DNA of 64,000 nucleotides from NCBI GenBank assembly GCA_964016885.1, contig OZ024743.1, positions 1,674,001 through 1,738,000 on the forward strand. The letters are read 5' to 3'. The notes below the pieces were generated by a model, which saw only the letters and a list, made by a program, of their open reading frames with translations, did no database searches and was not told the origin of the DNA. Positions 39,478-54,424 of the stretch are shown piece by piece. The position numbers and the translations under genes are program-made. Within the stretch, counting starts at the first letter, position 1, and every line of letters begins with the position of its first letter. The stretch is from Eledone cirrhosa. Taxonomy: Eukaryota.

Positions 39478-39540
<63 letters not shown>

Positions 39541-39892
39541 AGGGAAAAGTGGGCCTGTATTATATATATATATAGGGCGGTGGATTGGCAGTGTCGGTAG
39601 AGGGTCGGACGCCATGCTTTCCAGCATAGTTACGTCCCTTTACGATCTGAGTTCAAATCCCGCCGAGGTTGACTTTGCCTTTCATCCTTATGGGGTCGAT
39701 AAAATAAAGTACCAGTAATGCACTGGTAATTGCTGGCCATGTGCCTAAAGTAGAAACAATTATTATTATATATTATTGTATATTATACATTGATAATTTG
39801 ATTGGTGCTAATTATTTTGTGCTATAGAGACGGGAGTTGGAAGAGAGTTCTGTAGCATATATAGAGAGAGGGAGAGTTTATATATATCTCTC

Positions 39893-40130
<238 letters not shown>

Positions 40131-40641
40131 TAAAGTGGTCCTTCATCAGTGATCTTCCAACCATCATCGGTATTTCTTCGCTTTAAACACCATATACCTC
40201 CGGTTGGTGCGAACAACGGCTAAAGAAAGTCGCTGGGACACGTAAATAAAGGGAACAGCGGGAGTGTAACCAAACAAAGATGGTGAAGCAACGTAAAGTG
40301 AGGAAGAACGAGTCAAGTCCCAAATTTCCATGAATATAAGTTCGGTGAAATCGTGAACGAGAGAGAATAAAGACCATCAAACCTGGTTGAAATGTGAGCA
40401 AGGAAGGAATTCCGCACAGCTCTAACGGGAGGAAGAAGGGGTCTAGTCCGTGAATTCGGTGAACATAAGTTCTGTGAAATCGTAGACGAGAGAGAAAAAA
40501 GGCGAATCGGCCTGGCCAAGCGTGCGAAAGAAAAGAATTACGCACAGGTCAAACGGGAAGAAGGAGGAGGAGGAGAGGTAGTAACAGAGAGTGAGTGAGT
40601 GAAGGGTGAGGAAGAGGCTAATATATATATATATATATATA

Positions 40642-42369
40642 TAAATTAATAAAAATAATGAATAAAAACAAAGAAACAGTTCCATATATTAAAAAATTAA
40701 TCATTTTACGATCGTTTCTAGGATATATATGTGTGTGTTGGTAGACAGCATATATATGTGCAGGTATGTATATTCCCTCTGATAGTTTGTAAAAATTTTA
40801 CATAGATCTATATGATATACATACCAACACACACATATATATCCTAGAAACGATCGTAAAATGATGAATTTTTAAATATAAGGAACTGTTTCTTTGTTTT
40901 TATTCATTGTTTTTATTAATTTATCTAGACTCTGTTTTCCTGAGTTTTTCATCAAAAAATTTTGAATACATCTTCTCTTTTCATGATATTTGTATTACAT
41001 TGAGTTCTTCATACGGATTGGACACTACCGTACATTTTGTTCAGTGCGAAAATTGTTTTTGTGATCCTTGAGATTTATCCTCGGAGTTCTTGGGAGGAAT
41101 GGTTCGGTCTTTTTTCCGATGCCAAGTTTTGACATAATCTCAGAGGCTTCAAAGTTTATGGATTCTAAATTACCATGGTTGGTTTTACGATATTTTTTCA
41201 TAAGTTCCTTTAGGATAAGGTTGTTATAATTATCCTTGGAAATACCATATAAATTATTGGTTTTGTCAGAGTGGACTAAAACATTTTTTGAGGAATTTAG
41301 GTTTGAAATTGTGTTCTTGAGATTTACAAGGTGCTCTGTTCCATACTTGAACAGTTCTCTATCCAAGACTTGCAATCTCTGTCTAAATGAAAAATTTACC
41401 ATTATATCTAACTTAGATTCTATAATAAATAGACGCACTGACTTGTTTTCTCTCTGCTTGCATAAATTCCACAGAACATTCCATAAAGTATACAGCTAAT
41501 ATCCTAAACTTTATCAATTCAGAATCCTTTTCTCAAAGGCACATATATATATATATATACTTCTGTAAAAATATACCCATCTTTCTACCTTATTTCAAAG
41601 TTATTTATTATACATTATATAATACTTGTTACTCATTCTATATCACTCCTATTTATCACTTCCCTTTCTTCCTTTTCCTTTTCTTTTCTTTTTCTTTTAA
41701 TTTCCAACCCCTAATCTGTACCTTTTCTCACTGTGCCTAACATAGAAACAATTATTACACAATACAATATATTCTTACTTTATATCACCTTGAAAAAATC
41801 CTTCGTAAACATAAACATTTTTTTTGACGTTAGATTATTCATCCTCTATTCATTATTTTTTTCTCACTTTCATCTAACTTATTCATGCTCATCTCACAAT
41901 ATATCCTTACTTACATTACTTTTGTTTTTTTTAATAATACATATCAACATTTTTTTTCCATCGCACATATTATTAAACCCTTAAATATTATTCTTAATAC
42001 ATATTAACATTTTCTTTCCATCGTACATATTATTAAACCCTTAAATATTATTTTTAATACATATTAACAATTTCTTTTCATCGTACATATTATTAAACCC
42101 TTCAATATACAAACCTTAACTTTACATTTTTTTCTCTCTTCGTTAATTTTCAAATTCTTTTAATTTATACATTATCTTCCAACGGGTTTTCAACCTCTCT
42201 ATGTAAAACAATATATTTTTCTCGGTTATAAAAGCTATCTCTCTCTCTATCACCCATCTCTCCTCCTATCTCATCCTTCCTCATTATACTCCTCCCCCTC
42301 CACTTTTTACTCTCATCTCCTCCTCTTTTTCACCCCCCCCCCCTCAATTTTTTTTTCCCCCAATATAAC

Positions 42370-42370
<1 letters not shown>
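40642..42370. mobile_element. Rearranged Penelope-like element: foldback pseudo-LTR (40642-40925), minus-strand pre-RT fragment (41025-41340), plus-strand GIY-YIG end and 3' UTR
   Basis: SDKTNNLY...LKDHKNNF on minus; CNLCLNEK...CLHKFHR on plus, closely matching 18240-19330. Confidence 0.85.
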
Positions 42371-42443
<73 letters not shown>

Positions 42444-42587
42444 TATAGATATAGATAGGTAAATATACACGGGTGTGTATGATTGTGTATAGAAGATTAT
42501 ATTAATAAGAGGAATTCCAACTTTGTCTGATTTACTCGAGGATTGTAAATAAAACGAGTAAATCAGACAAAGTTGGAATTCCTCTTA

Positions 42588-42634
<47 letters not shown>

Positions 42635-42636
<2 letters not shown>

Positions 42637-43708
42637 AAGGCGGGTAAAATTCCCGAGATCCATGGACGAGTTCTCTCCAGCGGTCTCTGTCCCTCATTAT
42701 CGCTGCCATATCCTGCATCTCCAACAGACCAGTGTCTGTCCTTAGGGCATCAACATATGTTAACCTTGGTCTTCCTCTTCTAGTGTGTCCATGTAGGGGC
42801 TCCCAAAGGAGCACTGAGTGCAATGTCAACTCTGGATGTCGGTGAGCATGTCCAGCCAACCTCAGTCTCCTCTGTGTCACTTTTGAGCTGACTTTTGGGA
42901 TGCTCCCATACAGCTCTGAGTTTTTCATCCTCAGTGTATACTGATTAATGTTCAGAGCCATCCTCAGCATTCTCGTGTAGCACCCATCCACCATCTGAGT
43001 GAGTCTCTTGGTCAGTGTCCAAGTCTCAGACCCATACAGCAGCACAGACTCCACTACAGCAATGAAGAGGCGGATTTTCAGGTCTCTACGAAGGTCCGAC
43101 TTCCACACCGATCTCAAGCTGTGACACGCCGCCCAGGCCTTGCTCTTCCTCTCAACCACATCATCTTCCGTATTCCCAATCTTTGCTCCCAAATACAGGA
43201 AGTCCTCAACCAATTCCAGCGGCTTCCCGCCTACATTAGTGATCCCCTCTGGCTTCTCAACATTCTCTACCAGATATTTTGTTTTAGTCTCATTCATTCT
43301 CAGCCCCACACTCATCGACAGAGTCTCAACCTCCCGCATCAAATCCTCTGCCTCCTTCACTGTATTTGTCACCAAAACTATGTCGTCGGCAAATTCAGCA
43401 TCCGATACCTTTTTCGCCCCAACTCTCCTGCTCTGAGCCGGTGCTAAAGTAAAGCCAGAGTCGTGGTGTTTCTCCAGTGCAAGGCGCATACAATAGTCCA
43501 CTACGATGACAAAAAGGTAGGGAGCCAATGTATCTCCCTGGAGCACTCCAGCCAGTATCTCAAAGAACTCTGTCATCCCATCAGGTGTAATGACTTGGGG
43601 TTTGGTGTTGGTGTAGAGCAGTGATATCAGGTCCACTATCCTCTTGGGGATTCCATAAGCCTGTAAGATCTTCATCAGGCAGTAACGGTCCACAGAATCA
43701 AAGGCCAT
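42635..43708 (-). CDS. 5'-truncated RTE-clade LINE reverse transcriptase (open frame)
   Basis: AFDSV, GVLQGDTLAPYLF, EFADD, FLYLG, SVLLYGSETW, RLRLAGH; stop codon abuts (TA)n. Confidence 0.92.
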
Positions 43709-43714
43709 ATATAT

Positions 43715-44350
43715 ATCATCATCACCGTTTTACGTCCGTTCTTCCACGCTAGCATGGGTTAGACGGGTTGTCCTGTTGTGGGCAGTGTCTGGTCGGCTGA
43801 CCATGCCTTGCTCATACAGGAACTGATCTGGCTTGATTTCTACAGCTGGATGCCCTTCCTAACACCAACCTCATTTACAGTGAGTGCTGGGTGCTTTTTC
43901 GTGGCGCCTACACGTCCACTTTACAGTGTGGGCTGGGTGCTTTTTTGCCGTGGCACCTCCACGACCACCTTGCGGTGGGGGGGGGGGGGGGGGGGGGCAT
44001 ATTGTTTATATGCTTCAGCATGTACCCATGGGAGGTCGGGTACCCTGTATTACTGCGTGACGCCAGAAGTCACGGTCGTGTGTCATTGACTTTGAGAGGT
44101 GTAGTTGGGTAAGGTCGGCTTTTATCACCTCATCCCAAGTCATCTTGGGTCTCCCCACTCCGCGGTTTCCATCAACTTCTAGTGCTCTGCACCTTTTTAT
44201 GCAGCTGTCATCCTTCATACGCATCACATGTCCATACCAGCGTAACCGCCTCTCCTGCACGCAGCATTTGATTCCTCTTATGCTCAGTCTCTCTCTCAAT
44301 TCATTTATGCTTTGTCGTTCACGTATATTACTGTTACACATCCATCCATA
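43715..44350 (-). mobile_element. RTE-related fragment and RTE-tailed SINE-like 3' end with (GAT)n tail
   Basis: RLRWYGHVMRM...GRPKMTW on minus; CATCATCACCGTTTTACGTCCG tail also seen inverted at ~21070-21120. Confidence 0.7.
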
Positions 44351-44364
44351 TATATATATCAAAG

Positions 44365-44406
<42 letters not shown>

Positions 44407-44661
44407 TTACCACCAAATTCACCCCCCCCGCTCAACGTCAACCATTCAACACTCCCAATCCCCCTCCCTATATCAATAAACCAAAAACTCTACCCTTCTC
44501 TATATCTACAAAGTCAACCTCGGCGGGATTTGAAATCAGATCGTAAAGGGACGTAACTATGCTGGAAAGCATGGCGTCCGACCCTCTACCGATACTGATA
44601 GTCCACCGCCCTATATATATATATATAAGTCCGGGAATCTAATACGTTATATGTCTAAATA

Positions 44662-44877
<216 letters not shown>

Positions 44878-44911
44878 TATTTAGACATATAACGTATTAG
44901 ATTCCCGGACT

Positions 44912-44936
<25 letters not shown>

Positions 44937-44942
<6 letters not shown>

Positions 44943-46326
44943 TTAGACATATAACGTATTGGATTCCCGGACTTCCACACGGGAATATACCTCGACGATG
45001 GCCAGACCTTATCGAGCCATAAAAGTGGTCACAACCTCGACCGGTTTAAAAAAAGACTTAACTTCTACCTTTAATGAGTTAGGACTTAGGATAACAGTAG
45101 GATAACAGTAACTACCAAACTCTATAGCGTAGATTTCTTAGACATAAATTTAGACCTTCGCACACATACCTTCAGACGCTTCCATAAGCTTCCATAAGCT
45201 AAACGAAAAACTTAATTACATACACAAAGGCTCATGCCACCCTCCTACTGTTTTTAGAAACTTCGTAAATAATATCAGTACTAGAATCTCTAGCCTCTCC
45301 TTTAATAAGGCTATCTTTGACAGAGCGGAACCCTACTATGTCACGGCGTTAGCTAACAGCGGCTTCTCGCAACCAATTACTTACTCCCCCACTAACAACA
45401 ACAACAATAAGATAAGAAATCGTAACAATAGACAAACTATCTGCTTCTCTGCTCCCTTCTCACTCAACGTTAAAACTAATGTAGGAAAAACATTTTTAGC
45501 CTTCTTAGATAGACACTTTCCCATAGGTCACAAATACCGCTCCATCTTTAACAGACACAGGGTAAAACTAGGGTCCTCCTGCTCTAAGAATATGAAGGCC
45601 CACATCACCAACAGTCCTAAGAGCGGCACCCCACCAGGATGCTCATGCCGAAAGCTTGAATCTTGTCCCCTTCAACAGCAATGCAACACACCCGCTGTAG
45701 TTTATGAAGCTGTGGTTAATTTCAACCGACCAAATCAACCACAGGAGGTCAAATCCTATGTGAGTATGGCGGAGGGCCGATTTAAGGAACCTTTCCTGAA
45801 CCACCAGTCGAATTTTAGGTACCCGGACAAACTATCATCCACGAAACTCGCGAGTCACGTATGGTCCCTCAAGGACTCAGGTATAGACTACTCCATTCAA
45901 TGGAAAGCCATCACTAAGACCAAGCCATATGCAAGGGGCAATCGGTCTTGTGGACTGTGTATTGAAGAAAGGATAAATATTCTAAGGAGATTACGCAATA
46001 GCGATTGTCTAAATTCAAGAAAGGAAATTTTCTCACATTGTCCACATGTCTGGAAACACCTCTTACATAACTACAAAGCTCCGGATTGAATAACAACAGC
46101 ATTCTAATTTTTTACTCAACTCGAACATATTTTCCGGACTTTCACAGTTATCTCCCTTACACCTTTCGCCCGTGGCTTTGTATCGCTTGGGTGAAGTGAC
46201 CGTTTCTGCGCATGTACGTTCATACGGTCGTTCTTCCTGTTCCGTATAACCATGACCAGTGCGAGCTGAAGATCCGCTAAGATGAAACAATTGTTCTCGG
46301 TATGGTGAACTAACTGTTGTGTTACC

Positions 46327-46330
<4 letters not shown>
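44937..46330 (+). mobile_element. 5'-truncated, frameshifted Penelope-like element (RT GIYLDDG motif to GIY-YIG, 3' hammerhead)
   Basis: VDFLDINLDL; ORF 45592-46089 CSCRKLESCPL, VVY, YVSMAEGRFKE, CGLCIEE, LNSRKEIFSHCPH. Confidence 0.9.
46262..46299 (+). ncRNA. Minimal hammerhead at the Penelope 3' end
   Basis: CGAG-CTGAAGA-TC CGCTAA GAT-GAAA-CAATTG-TT-CTCG. Confidence 0.75.
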
Positions 46331-46421
<91 letters not shown>

Positions 46422-46508
46422 AGAAATAGGATTTCGCTTCAGGCATAGCTTTATACAAACACCGGGGCTAACGCCCTCTGGTGGTGTCCAGCAGAAGCAA
46501 GGGGGGAA

Positions 46509-46552
46509 ACCGTCTATGCATTTCAGGCTTGACCGGCCTTCATCAGGACGGT
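46509..46552 (-). ncRNA. Type I hammerhead in a ~165-bp solo element between (TA)n tracts
   Basis: Reverse complement ACCGTC-CTGATGA-AGGC CGGTCAA GCCT-GAAA-TGCA-TA-GACGGT; all stems perfect. Confidence 0.92.
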
Positions 46553-46709
46553 CCCTCGCACCGCTTGCAACTGCTGGACATACATATATATATATATGAA
46601 AAGAGCCAGGACCCCGACGGCTGAGCTCCGGCCGTTTCTACAGCTCGATCCGAGCATTGAGTATTCTGGTGCGTTATGGTCCACCTGGTATCTTACCACA
46701 CCCTCTTTG

Positions 46710-46747
<38 letters not shown>

Positions 46748-47136
46748 CATTCAATAGATAGATCCGATCGATCAAGAAACAGTAAAAATATGCATAGGTA
46801 GGCAGATGTTTTTATATATTGATCTATGTGTCCACATATTCACCAAACAAACCACTTATCAGATGATGTACCCAGCTACTTACGGTATAAATAATATATC
46901 TATTTGTATATCGATCAGTTTTTTTTAATGAAACACTACTTCAACCACAAGAGATTTTGACAAGTATTCGTGAGTATGCAACATACACCTAACCTTCTAG
47001 CGTATACAAGGACGATAACTCTCATAGTAGCGACATATACTTTGTGATGGAGGGTGACAGAGAATGCGTGGTGGAAAGAGGTCAGGTTTCAAGGGTATTG
47101 AAAACCGATGGAGTATGCTGAGAGCTATTTGTAATG

Positions 47137-47182
<46 letters not shown>

Positions 47183-47589
47183 TACACACACACACACACA
47201 CATATACACATTAAACAGACATTGATTTGTTGACACAGACTTGTTGACCCTGACACAGTTTCCGATCTTACAAGTAAAGCTATGCAAGGTAAATTAGCAG
47301 GAGCACTAACACAGTGTGATTCAGAATAGAGACTTGTATGAAAGCATATATACAATATGTTTATGTCTAATAAACATACATGTCACATTTGTTACCGAAC
47401 ACATCTACCTCTGTAATCATATACTATAGGATTTCTGGCGTATACGAAAACATTTTGTATGTTTTCGTGTGCTGTACCTCCGTCAATTTCAACGACGCGT
47501 ATTCCAGTTGTATGATCAACGAAACAGCTTGCTCGTGAAATAACGTGCATGCAAGTAGTTGAGCATTCTGTAGACACGTGTAATTTTAA

Positions 47590-47760
47590 CACATTTCTCA
47601 TGGAAATTCAGTATGACAAAGACCGGTCTTTAATTACATGTACAACTGGAGCAACGTTAAATAGAGTGTCTTGCTCAAGGACACGACGCGCTACCGCGAA
47701 TCGAACTCATAACCTTCCGTTCGTGCACCAAACACCCAAACCACTAAGCCACATGTGTAT
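47590..47760 (-). mobile_element. SINE fragment related to 1665-1942
   Basis: GTGTCTTGCTCAAGGACAC...AATCGAACTC (reverse-complement B box). Confidence 0.65.
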
Positions 47761-48235
47761 ACACTAGCAACCGGGGTTGATTATGACAAGTTCAGCCGAT
47801 GTACTTATCCAGAGAATAAAGTGTTTCTACTCCATTACTGGGCTTGCTATTCTGCAAATGTCAAACTTAACGCGGAATTATTCATAAGCAACGCAGTTGA
47901 CAGTCAACCATGTAAATTTATGTAAATTTTATTATGTTTGGCATCATTTTTCTTGACCTTTATATAAGTAGTTTACTATTTATTAGTAGACAGAGATAAG
48001 CTGTCCACAATGATACATATTTAACAACAGTTAACTCCATTTAATTGATCAAATTTACCGTATTTGACAACAATTATATAAATAAATATAGGCAGCGGAT
48101 TAAAAATGCCTAGATATTTGTTTCGGATCACTGCACTGTCGGTTCAGATCCTTCCCGATATCGATAAATAAAGTACCAGTACAATAGTGAAGCCGATGTT
48201 CTTTCTTTCTCTGGAAGAAATCAGCTGTGTTCGAA

Positions 48236-48343
<108 letters not shown>

Positions 48344-48532
48344 TAAACGGAATAGAAAATGGTGACAAATTGTTCACCACAGTGAAAAATAGTTTAATTA
48401 GGAATAAGTGATAATTAGTAATAGTATTGGTTAGTATTAAGTTTTGGTTTCAAGTTTTACCGGTTGCGCATTTCTAATGCTTTTCAAAAATAATTTTGAG
48501 ATAGAGCGTCCGTGATGTTTGTCCTAATTAAA

Positions 48533-48590
<58 letters not shown>

Positions 48591-48623
48591 TGGTTTAACA
48601 TTTGATATGATAAGAAAAACGTC

Positions 48624-48657
48624 ATGACGTTTCGGACGTTAGTCTTTCATCAGAATA
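48624..48657 (-). ncRNA. Minimal hammerhead-like motif in a Penelope pseudo-LTR fragment
   Basis: Reverse complement ATT-CTGATGA-AAGACTAACGTCC-GAAACGTCATG; weak stem I. Confidence 0.6.
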
Positions 48658-49414
48658 TAAAATGAGAGAGAAGAAATAAAAAAATATATGAGAGTAAGAA
48701 TGACTATAAGTAGAGTACATTTATAAATAGGTTAGCAAAATTGCAGGAAAAATACATATTATTCTAGAGGATGGTAAGTAAAGTAAAAATTGGAAAGAGC
48801 AGACTATAGTGCTTAATCAATAGGACTTTAAGATGGAAGGAAAATATTGATGTTAGCAGCTTTGATTGGCGGAAGTTATTGGGAAGAGGTTGACTACAGA
48901 AGATATGGTGTGTTGGCTATCATCTTTCTGAATTAATGGTGAGAATTGACATCAATACATGCCAGGGAGACTCATTGTTTCAACACATTGCATATGTATG
49001 TGTGCGCGCATGTGTATGTATGTTTGTATATGTGTGTATGTTTGTGTGTGTGTGTATGTTTGTGTATGTGTGTATGTTTGTGTATGTGTGTATGTGTGTG
49101 TGTGGCTATGCTTGCGTTCATTCGGAGCACAATTGAACAAGTACATCCGTACTTATGTATGCATGCATACAAAAGAACGAACTCAATCACGCATACATAA
49201 ATGTATGCATGCATGCGTACATACATGCTTGTATGTATACACACGTATATATGTACATGTATACATGCATATATACATCCATGCATGTAACCATACATAC
49301 GTATATACATGCATGCATATATACATACATGCATGCACACCATATATGCACATATACATCTTCTCCGAAAATGGACAAGTGTTCGAGATGTTAAACCTTT
49401 TTTTCATGGTATAA

Positions 49415-50220
49415 AATATGGCTATGTAATGATACCCTTATATAATGATATCGCTGTGTAATAACATTGCTATGTGATACTATCATTATGTAATGATATC
49501 ACTATGGAATCATATGATTATGAAAGGCTGTCGCTATGTAATATCGTTATGAAATGATATGGCTATGTAATGATGTGGCTATGCAATGATATATTTTTGT
49601 AATAATATCGCTATTTAATAGTACCACAATGTAATGATATCGCAATGTAATGATATCGCATGTAATGATATCACTATCTAATGATATAGCTATGCAATGA
49701 TATCACTGTGTAAGAATATTGTTATCTATTGATATCTCTATTGAATGATATGACTATGTAATGGAATCGATATATAATTATATCGCTATGTAATGATACC
49801 GCTATGTAATGATATCACTGTGTAATGATATGGCTATGTAATGATACCGCTATGTAATGATATTGTTATATATTGATATCACTGTGTAATGATATGGCTA
49901 TGTAATGATACAGCTATATAATGATACTGCTATGGAACGATATCACTGTGTAATGATGTGGCTATGTAACGATAAGGCTTTGTAATGATACCGCTATGTA
50001 ATGATATCACTGTGTAATGATATCGCTATGTAATGATACCGCTATGTAATGATATTGTTATATATTGATATGAGTGTGTAATGATATGGCTATGTAATGA
50101 TACTGATATGTAATGATATCACTGTGATGATACTGCTATGTAATGATATCACTGTGTCATTACATATATAATCATATCACTGTGTTATGATATCACTGTG
50201 TAATGATATGGTTATATGAT
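49415..50220. repeat. 16-bp minisatellite, consensus close to GCTATGTAATGATATC
   Basis: About 50 diverged units, alternating with ACTGTGTAATGATATG-type variants. Confidence 0.9.
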
Positions 50221-50659
50221 ATTTACAAACAAATGTAAATTCGTAAATAACAGAATACAAAAAAATCACCAAAACAAAAAGAATAAATATATAAACATAA
50301 TGATAAGTACAACTTGCTAGTCGGTAACATGTGTATGATACGATGTTGTTATGTATGTTATGTTAAGTATGTATGTATGTATGTATGTATGCATGTATGT
50401 ATGTATGTATGTATGTATGTATGTATGTATGTTCTGGTTTTATAATTTCACACATTTTTACCAATAGAGAGAGAGAGAGTCAGTTTCTAACATAGACACA
50501 AGACTCTCTCATTGGAATTTACACAACATCAACTAGGTAGATATGTATGCATGTCTGCATGTGTAGATATGGATGTTATTGTATGTGTGGATGTGGATGT
50601 TTTGAGTTGTATGTGTGCATGTGTATATGCTTTGTATCTGTACATGTGTATATGCAGTT

Positions 50660-51308
50660 ATTAGATGCAAAATTTTTGGAATGTTTTACATATTTTTACT
50701 GTTCCATTAATGGATTGTACTTGTAATTTCCTAACTAGTCGTGTTCTTTCTGTTTCTGTGAAGCCTAGCTTCTCAAGATTTGTAATGAGGAAGTTACTAA
50801 CATATCCCAGTGCCCCAATAATCACAGGCATAAATGTGAAGGTGTAATCAGGGTGGAGTATCTACAGATTTCTCATCAGTTCTGCATAAATATTCTCCTT
50901 TTCGCTAATCTTTGATATTATACTGGCATCTGCTGGGCAGCTAATTTCCACTACTATGCATGTTTTCTTCTCCCTGTCCCATATCATAATATCTGGTCTG
51001 TTATGTCTGCATTTTATTGGGGTTTTTACTGGAACATTCCACCAGTACTCTTTCATATTATGTACATGGATGTCTTCCACATTGTTGTAGCTTTTAATGT
51101 GTTTATTATCAGGGCTATCTTTTTTACGAACTGCATTGTACAGTGTTTTGGCCACTACATCATGCCTCATAGGTAGATAGTACCGCGATGACATCTTTGG
51201 ACAGCTGCTGATGACATGGGTGATATCCTCGATGTTAGTTCTGCAGAGTCTGCACTTGTTATCACATCTAGGTGTTTTGCCTGCATCCCTATCTCTTTTG
51301 TGAATCAT
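50660..51308 (-). pseudogene. 3' fragment of an R4/Dong-like non-LTR element (CCHC finger plus restriction-like endonuclease)
   Basis: CRLC...ITHVISSC, RHD, NRPDI...VVEISCP, KENIY, then PVIIGALG. Confidence 0.85.
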
Positions 51309-51765
51309 GTATGTATGTATGTATGTATGTATGTATGTATGTATGTATGTATGTATGTATGTATGTATGTATGTATGTATGTATGTATGTATGTATGTAT
51401 GTATGGCAACTCAGGAAACTGGGATAACTCCGTTATAAAACCTGCGGCTCAGTAGTAACCAATGATGTTGATCTTTTCTTTTCGGGTTATAGCTACTGTC
51501 GCTCAGAGAGTGGGATTGGCTCAGTGCACAGTCTGTCCTCACTTAAAAAAATATCTACATGCACAGGCATTGCACGATAGAATTAATTAATAATTATTAA
51601 TAATGGTATATCGTGCAATGGCCATACTCGATAACGCGGGGGCAGCCATCATGTATGTATGTTGTGTATATCTATGTATCATGTATTATATACATATATA
51701 TGTATACACGTGTTTGTGTGCGAGAGTGTGCACACACATTTATACACCCACCATATATACGTACA

Positions 51766-51806
<41 letters not shown>

Positions 51807-51829
51807 TCTCTCACTCTCTCTCTCACACG

Positions 51830-51863
<34 letters not shown>

Positions 51864-51962
51864 CAGGGTGTCCCAAAAATGTTTACACATTTCAACAGCA
51901 TTCTAATAAATATTGCCTGTACAGGTATTCAAAGTGTGTATACATTGTTTTGGAACAGCCTG
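51864..51962. mobile_element. Small Tc1/mariner MITE
   Basis: TA-CAGGGTGTCCCAAAA ... TTTTGGAACAGCCTG-TA. Confidence 0.75.
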
Positions 51963-52116
51963 TATATATATATATATCATAGAGTTTCTTTTAATAGTAT
52001 ATATTTGAACGATATATATGACTACACTGATATTTCAACTGGTGTAGACAAGTACATCTTTTAAATGTCAGTCCAGTATATATTTCGTTTGGCAAATATG
52101 TGAATATAACAAATCA

Positions 52117-52151
<35 letters not shown>

Positions 52152-52385
52152 CTGATTGCGCGTGCTTTCAGTCGTTAATATGCTTCGTAGGTAGTGTCCT
52201 CGAGACATTACAGATATGGACGAAATTATATAACTCTCACCTCTCGCGTACGCCTTGCAAACATAAATACATACACATACATGCATGCAAACATATATCC
52301 ATATACATCATCCCATCTCTCTCTCTCTCCCTCCCCTCTTTCTCTCTCTCCCTCCCTCTTTCTCTCCCTTTCTCACTAATATATA

Positions 52386-52558
52386 CATGTAAAATTCTGT
52401 TATAACGAATACTATTATAACGAATTTTTCAGTATAGCGAATTTTTTTTAAATCCCCGGTCATACGCTCGATGTGTTAGGTCGATCTCGTTATAAAGAAT
52501 TTTTCGTTACAACGAAATTTTTATACCCCATGAATTTCGTTAAAACGGAATTTCTCTG
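52386..52558. mobile_element. Tigger/pogo-like MITE
   Basis: Imperfect TIRs (AAATTCTGTTATAACGAA / TTCGTTAAAACGGAATTT) with internal TTATAACGAA repeats; TA flanks. Confidence 0.65.
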
Positions 52559-54339
52559 TATATATTGTTGTTGTTGTGTGTGTGTGTGTGCATGTTCCAT
52601 GTTTATACATTTGCACAATTTCAAACCTCGACTCAAAGTCTGTAAGAATGTTGTAAATGATCTAAACTTAGGTCAACGAATATTTATTTCATTCACACTC
52701 ACCAACAATTACAGAACTAATCGATAAAACTAAATACATGACGCTTTACCCCTCTAATACAATCAGATTACCTCTCTCTACTCCCCTTAAACTTTAAGAG
52801 AGATAGAGAGAGAGTGAGAGGGAGAGAGACAGAGAACGTTTGTTTTTGAGTGTGGAACGGTCAAACATTTATTTACTTCAATGACAAAGAGAACTTATTA
52901 CATTTCATACGAAACAACAATTATTCAAAAGCAACAGATACATTTATTCAACAACAAAAAAAAAAATAGCGATAAATCTTTTTTAAAACATCTATCAACG
53001 AACGTGGAAGAAAGAAGTATCAGTTCATTTACTATACACAATAATATCCTCTATGTGGTTACTAAACCTGCTAGAAACAGCAGCTAACTCTCCCCCATAT
53101 CACACCACCCTCTACTGTCTTAAATTTAGAAAACATATCCTCTATGATGTCACTAAAATTGCTAGAAACAGCAGCTAACTCTCCCCCATATCACACCCCA
53201 TCCCTACTGTCTTAAATTTAGAAAACACACATTAGACAACCATGCAAAACAACTCCATCGCAGCTCTGTTGTTCGATTGGCATCGTCTACGCATGTGTTG
53301 TGTAAGTACTGTGAAACAATAAATTTCAACACTTCTTTGCACAGATATAATATCCATAGGCGAAACTACAATTGTCACTGCTGGCGCAGCTCTTGCTTCG
53401 GCAGTCCAGGTCTGCAATTCATTCACCCAGTGCCTGGCAGACAAAAAAGTGCTGCCATAAAATGGGTGGTGCAACCTAACTTTGGTAACTTACTGACCCC
53501 GAGCAACGCGAGGCTTTAATGGTAGTATATATATATATATATAAATATATAATGAAAAACGTTAGAAAACGTTCTATACAGATAACGTTATATAAGGAAA
53601 AGGATAATAAAAAAGGGTTCGAAAAACGCACCTGGTATATATATTGTATATATATATATAAAGAATATTTATAAAATGCACAAAAAATTGATGTTAGCGA
53701 AGCTTGCTTTCTCCGTTCTGGATCTTCAAAAGATTTCTTATTAGATTAAATTGTTCTTTCGTTAAAACTCCTGCATGCAGATTTTCGATATATGTGTGTG
53801 TATGTGTATGTGTGTGCGTCGGAATTTTCGGAATATAAGACGCACAGAGCGTTACAGTAATAATTGTTTCTACTTTTGGCACAAGGCACAAGGCCAGCAA
53901 TTATCCCAGTGTATTACTGGTACTTTATTTTATCGACCCCGTAAGGATGAAAGGCAAAGTTAACCTCGGCGGGATTTGAACTCAGATCATAAAGGGACTT
54001 AACTGTGCTGCAAAGCATGGCGTCCGACCCTCTACCGATACTGCCCTACAGTAATAATAAATAGCAAAGTTGCCCACGAAGAGAAAAAAAGAAACACAGG
54101 GTGACTGAACAAAACCACCAGCTTCCTCATCAGCCACTCATGGGAAATGTAATTTCGTGCTTAAGGATGGCATTGTATAATATTTAGCCCAGGTTACACG
54201 ACGGCTTGGAACAGGCCACCAGAAAAACACTCGTATTTTTAGAAACGTTGAGCGAGTTATACATTTTTGAAAATACGTTAACACACACGCACACATAAAT
54301 CAACACATTCACAAACGGATACACACACAGACAGACACA

Positions 54340-54424
<85 letters not shown>

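Noticed and set aside
40770-40815. Hammerhead-like CTGATAG...TAGATCTA-TA (also 62045-62092, minus) and CTGAAA...GAAAC at ~15437 and ~4975
   Set aside because: Core CUGAnGA/GAAA is incomplete; may be decayed or variant ribozymes but cannot be supported by eye
49415-50220. Regular short repeats that could be taken for a CRISPR array
   Set aside because: Contiguous 16-bp units with no unique spacers and no cas genes; eukaryotic minisatellite
53225-53525. Possible non-autonomous Helitron ending CCGAGCAACGCGAGGCTTTAATGGTAGT, next to a ~92-bp tandem duplication at 53040-53225
   Set aside because: 3' end is suggestive but hairpin and CTAG are degenerate, and no 5' boundary can be defined
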